Source: an uncultured delta proteobacterium (GTDB taxonomy: Bacteria; Desulfobacterota; WTBG01). Taken from it: a DNA stretch of 64,000 nt. Numbering within the stretch: the stretch's first letter is position 1; each line of letters opens with the position of its first letter. Shown here piece by piece: positions 62,842 to 64,000 of the stretch. The translations under genes and the position numbers were made by a program. The notes under the pieces are model-generated. The model was given only the letters and a program-made list of their open reading frames with translations. It was not told the origin of the DNA and ran no database searches. The stretch is from contig CAWCBP010000006.1 of the NCBI GenBank assembly GCA_963793865.1, positions 186,742 to 250,741 on the forward strand, written 5' to 3'.

Positions 62842-64000
62842 CTAGAGGAGACCCAGCTCTTCGGTGTGTGGCGACGGCGTGGGCGCGGTCTTGCGTGCCG
62901 AGCTTTCCGGAGATGTTGTGGATGTGGGCTTTGACGGTGCCGAGCGCGATGATCAGCCGGCTGCCGATCTGTTCGTTGGTGAGCACCTTGGCCATCAGCC
63001 GGAGCACCTCGCGTCGGCGCTCCGAGAGTTGCTCGATCAACTCCGGCCATCGTGCCGGCGCTCGCATCTGGACCGGCGGGCACGGCGCGACCTGGCGCGG
63101 GTGCGCCCTTCAGCCGGCGTGCTTCCGGTCGGGGCGCCGAATGCCGCGAGCAGGAACTGGCCAGATAACCGGCCGAGTAGCCGCTCGCGGCAATTCCGGC
63201 CGGCCGAGCAGCGAGCCGGCGCAGCAGACCGGCCAGCGGTTCCCCTTCGTCGACGAAGACGCGCACGTAACCTTCCGGCTCGGCCAGGGCGAGCGTGCGG
63301 TCCAGGCTCGGCTTCGCCTCGCTGTGCAGCCCCTTTGCCGCTGCAGAGCGAGGCTGCGGAGTACCCGGAGCTCGATCGCCAGTCCGAGCAGGCGGCGCTC
63401 CTCAGCCGCGGTGATGGCGCGGGCCAACTGCGACACGGCCTCAACGGGCTTGTATTCCGGCCCACGCCGACCCCGAGCGCTGCGAGGGCTGCGGTTTTGC
63501 CGGTCGGCCCTGGTCCCGGCCGGCCAGGCGCGTCGCCTCGCCGGCGCAAACGGCAGCTTCGCCTAGCGCAGCCCTGCCGGACGAGAATTTGAGCCTTGAG
63601 CGCGAAGGTGCTCTGCCATGGCCAGGTGGGCAGGCGGCTCGCCCAGCGCCGCTTCGGCCTCCTCGACCGCCGCCAGCGCCCCGCCGGCATCCCCACGTGC
63701 TCAGCCGCAAGCGCGCCGTCAGCGCCGGGGCCGCTTCCTTTACCCAGTCGAAGCGCCCGCTCCGCCTGCCCAGCTCGGCTCCGCGCGCCCGCCAGGTGGC
63801 CTTCCGTGGCCTCGAGATCGTTCCGCTCCAGCAGCACGCCGGCCAGCGCCACGTGCAGGAGACCGGCGGGAGGTAAGCGGGACATGCCCTGCTCGTCGAG
63901 GAACCGCAGGCCCTCACAGCAGGCCTCGTCTGCCGCGGCGTGCAGGCGGCCCAGGAGCTGCAACAGGCCGGCCAGCCGGTAGGTCATGCCGGCGATCCCG
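62842..64000 (-). CDS. MalT-like LuxR family regulator, C-terminal part (frameshifted, runs off window)
   Basis: LSERRREVLRLM..L.NEQI..L.IALGTVK.HIHNI..KL HTH; upstream TPR-like helices; R.FVDEGEP. Confidence 0.8.

Noticed and set aside
1..64000. tRNA, rRNA, transposase, integrase or prophage genes
   Set aside because: None recognised by eye; tRNAscan/Infernal were not run, so small RNAs could be missed.

Overview
Positions 1-~55,620 look like chromosome from an anaerobic deltaproteobacterium (Desulfobacterota/Syntrophales-like; this is inferred from gene content). They carry housekeeping genes (transaldolase, folK, dapL, dapB, dtd, ruvX, mltG, rpe, fmt, rng, rplU, rpsF, rpsR, rplI, dnaB, dnaK, a Clp ATPase), an hdrC-hdrB-formate dehydrogenase operon with an in-frame UGA selenocysteine codon and SECIS hairpin, and a PAS kinase / response regulator / sigma54-activator cluster. 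From ~42.5 to 55.6 kb there is an accessory region in which single genes or gene pairs (ABC exporter, MNT/HEPN toxin-antitoxin genes, a nucleotidyltransferase, a large LamG protein) are separated by 150-750 bp mosaic repeat elements. These are built from shuffled short tandem-repeat and REP-like modules, and four of them form two nested inverted pairs. The most interesting signals are this repeat/cassette architecture (with a HEPN gene truncated at a repeat and a duplicated sigma54 promoter), a LamG protein with apparently nested domain insertions, and the HdrBC-Sec-Fdh operon. The frameshifts I inspected in conserved genes lie at homopolymers and look like long-read errors. At ~55,630 a 14-mer matches Nanopore adapter sequence exactly where sequence style changes, so 55,640-64,000 (MarR-arsM, PD40 membrane protein, flavodoxin, MalT/LuxR) is probably a chimeric join from another organism.
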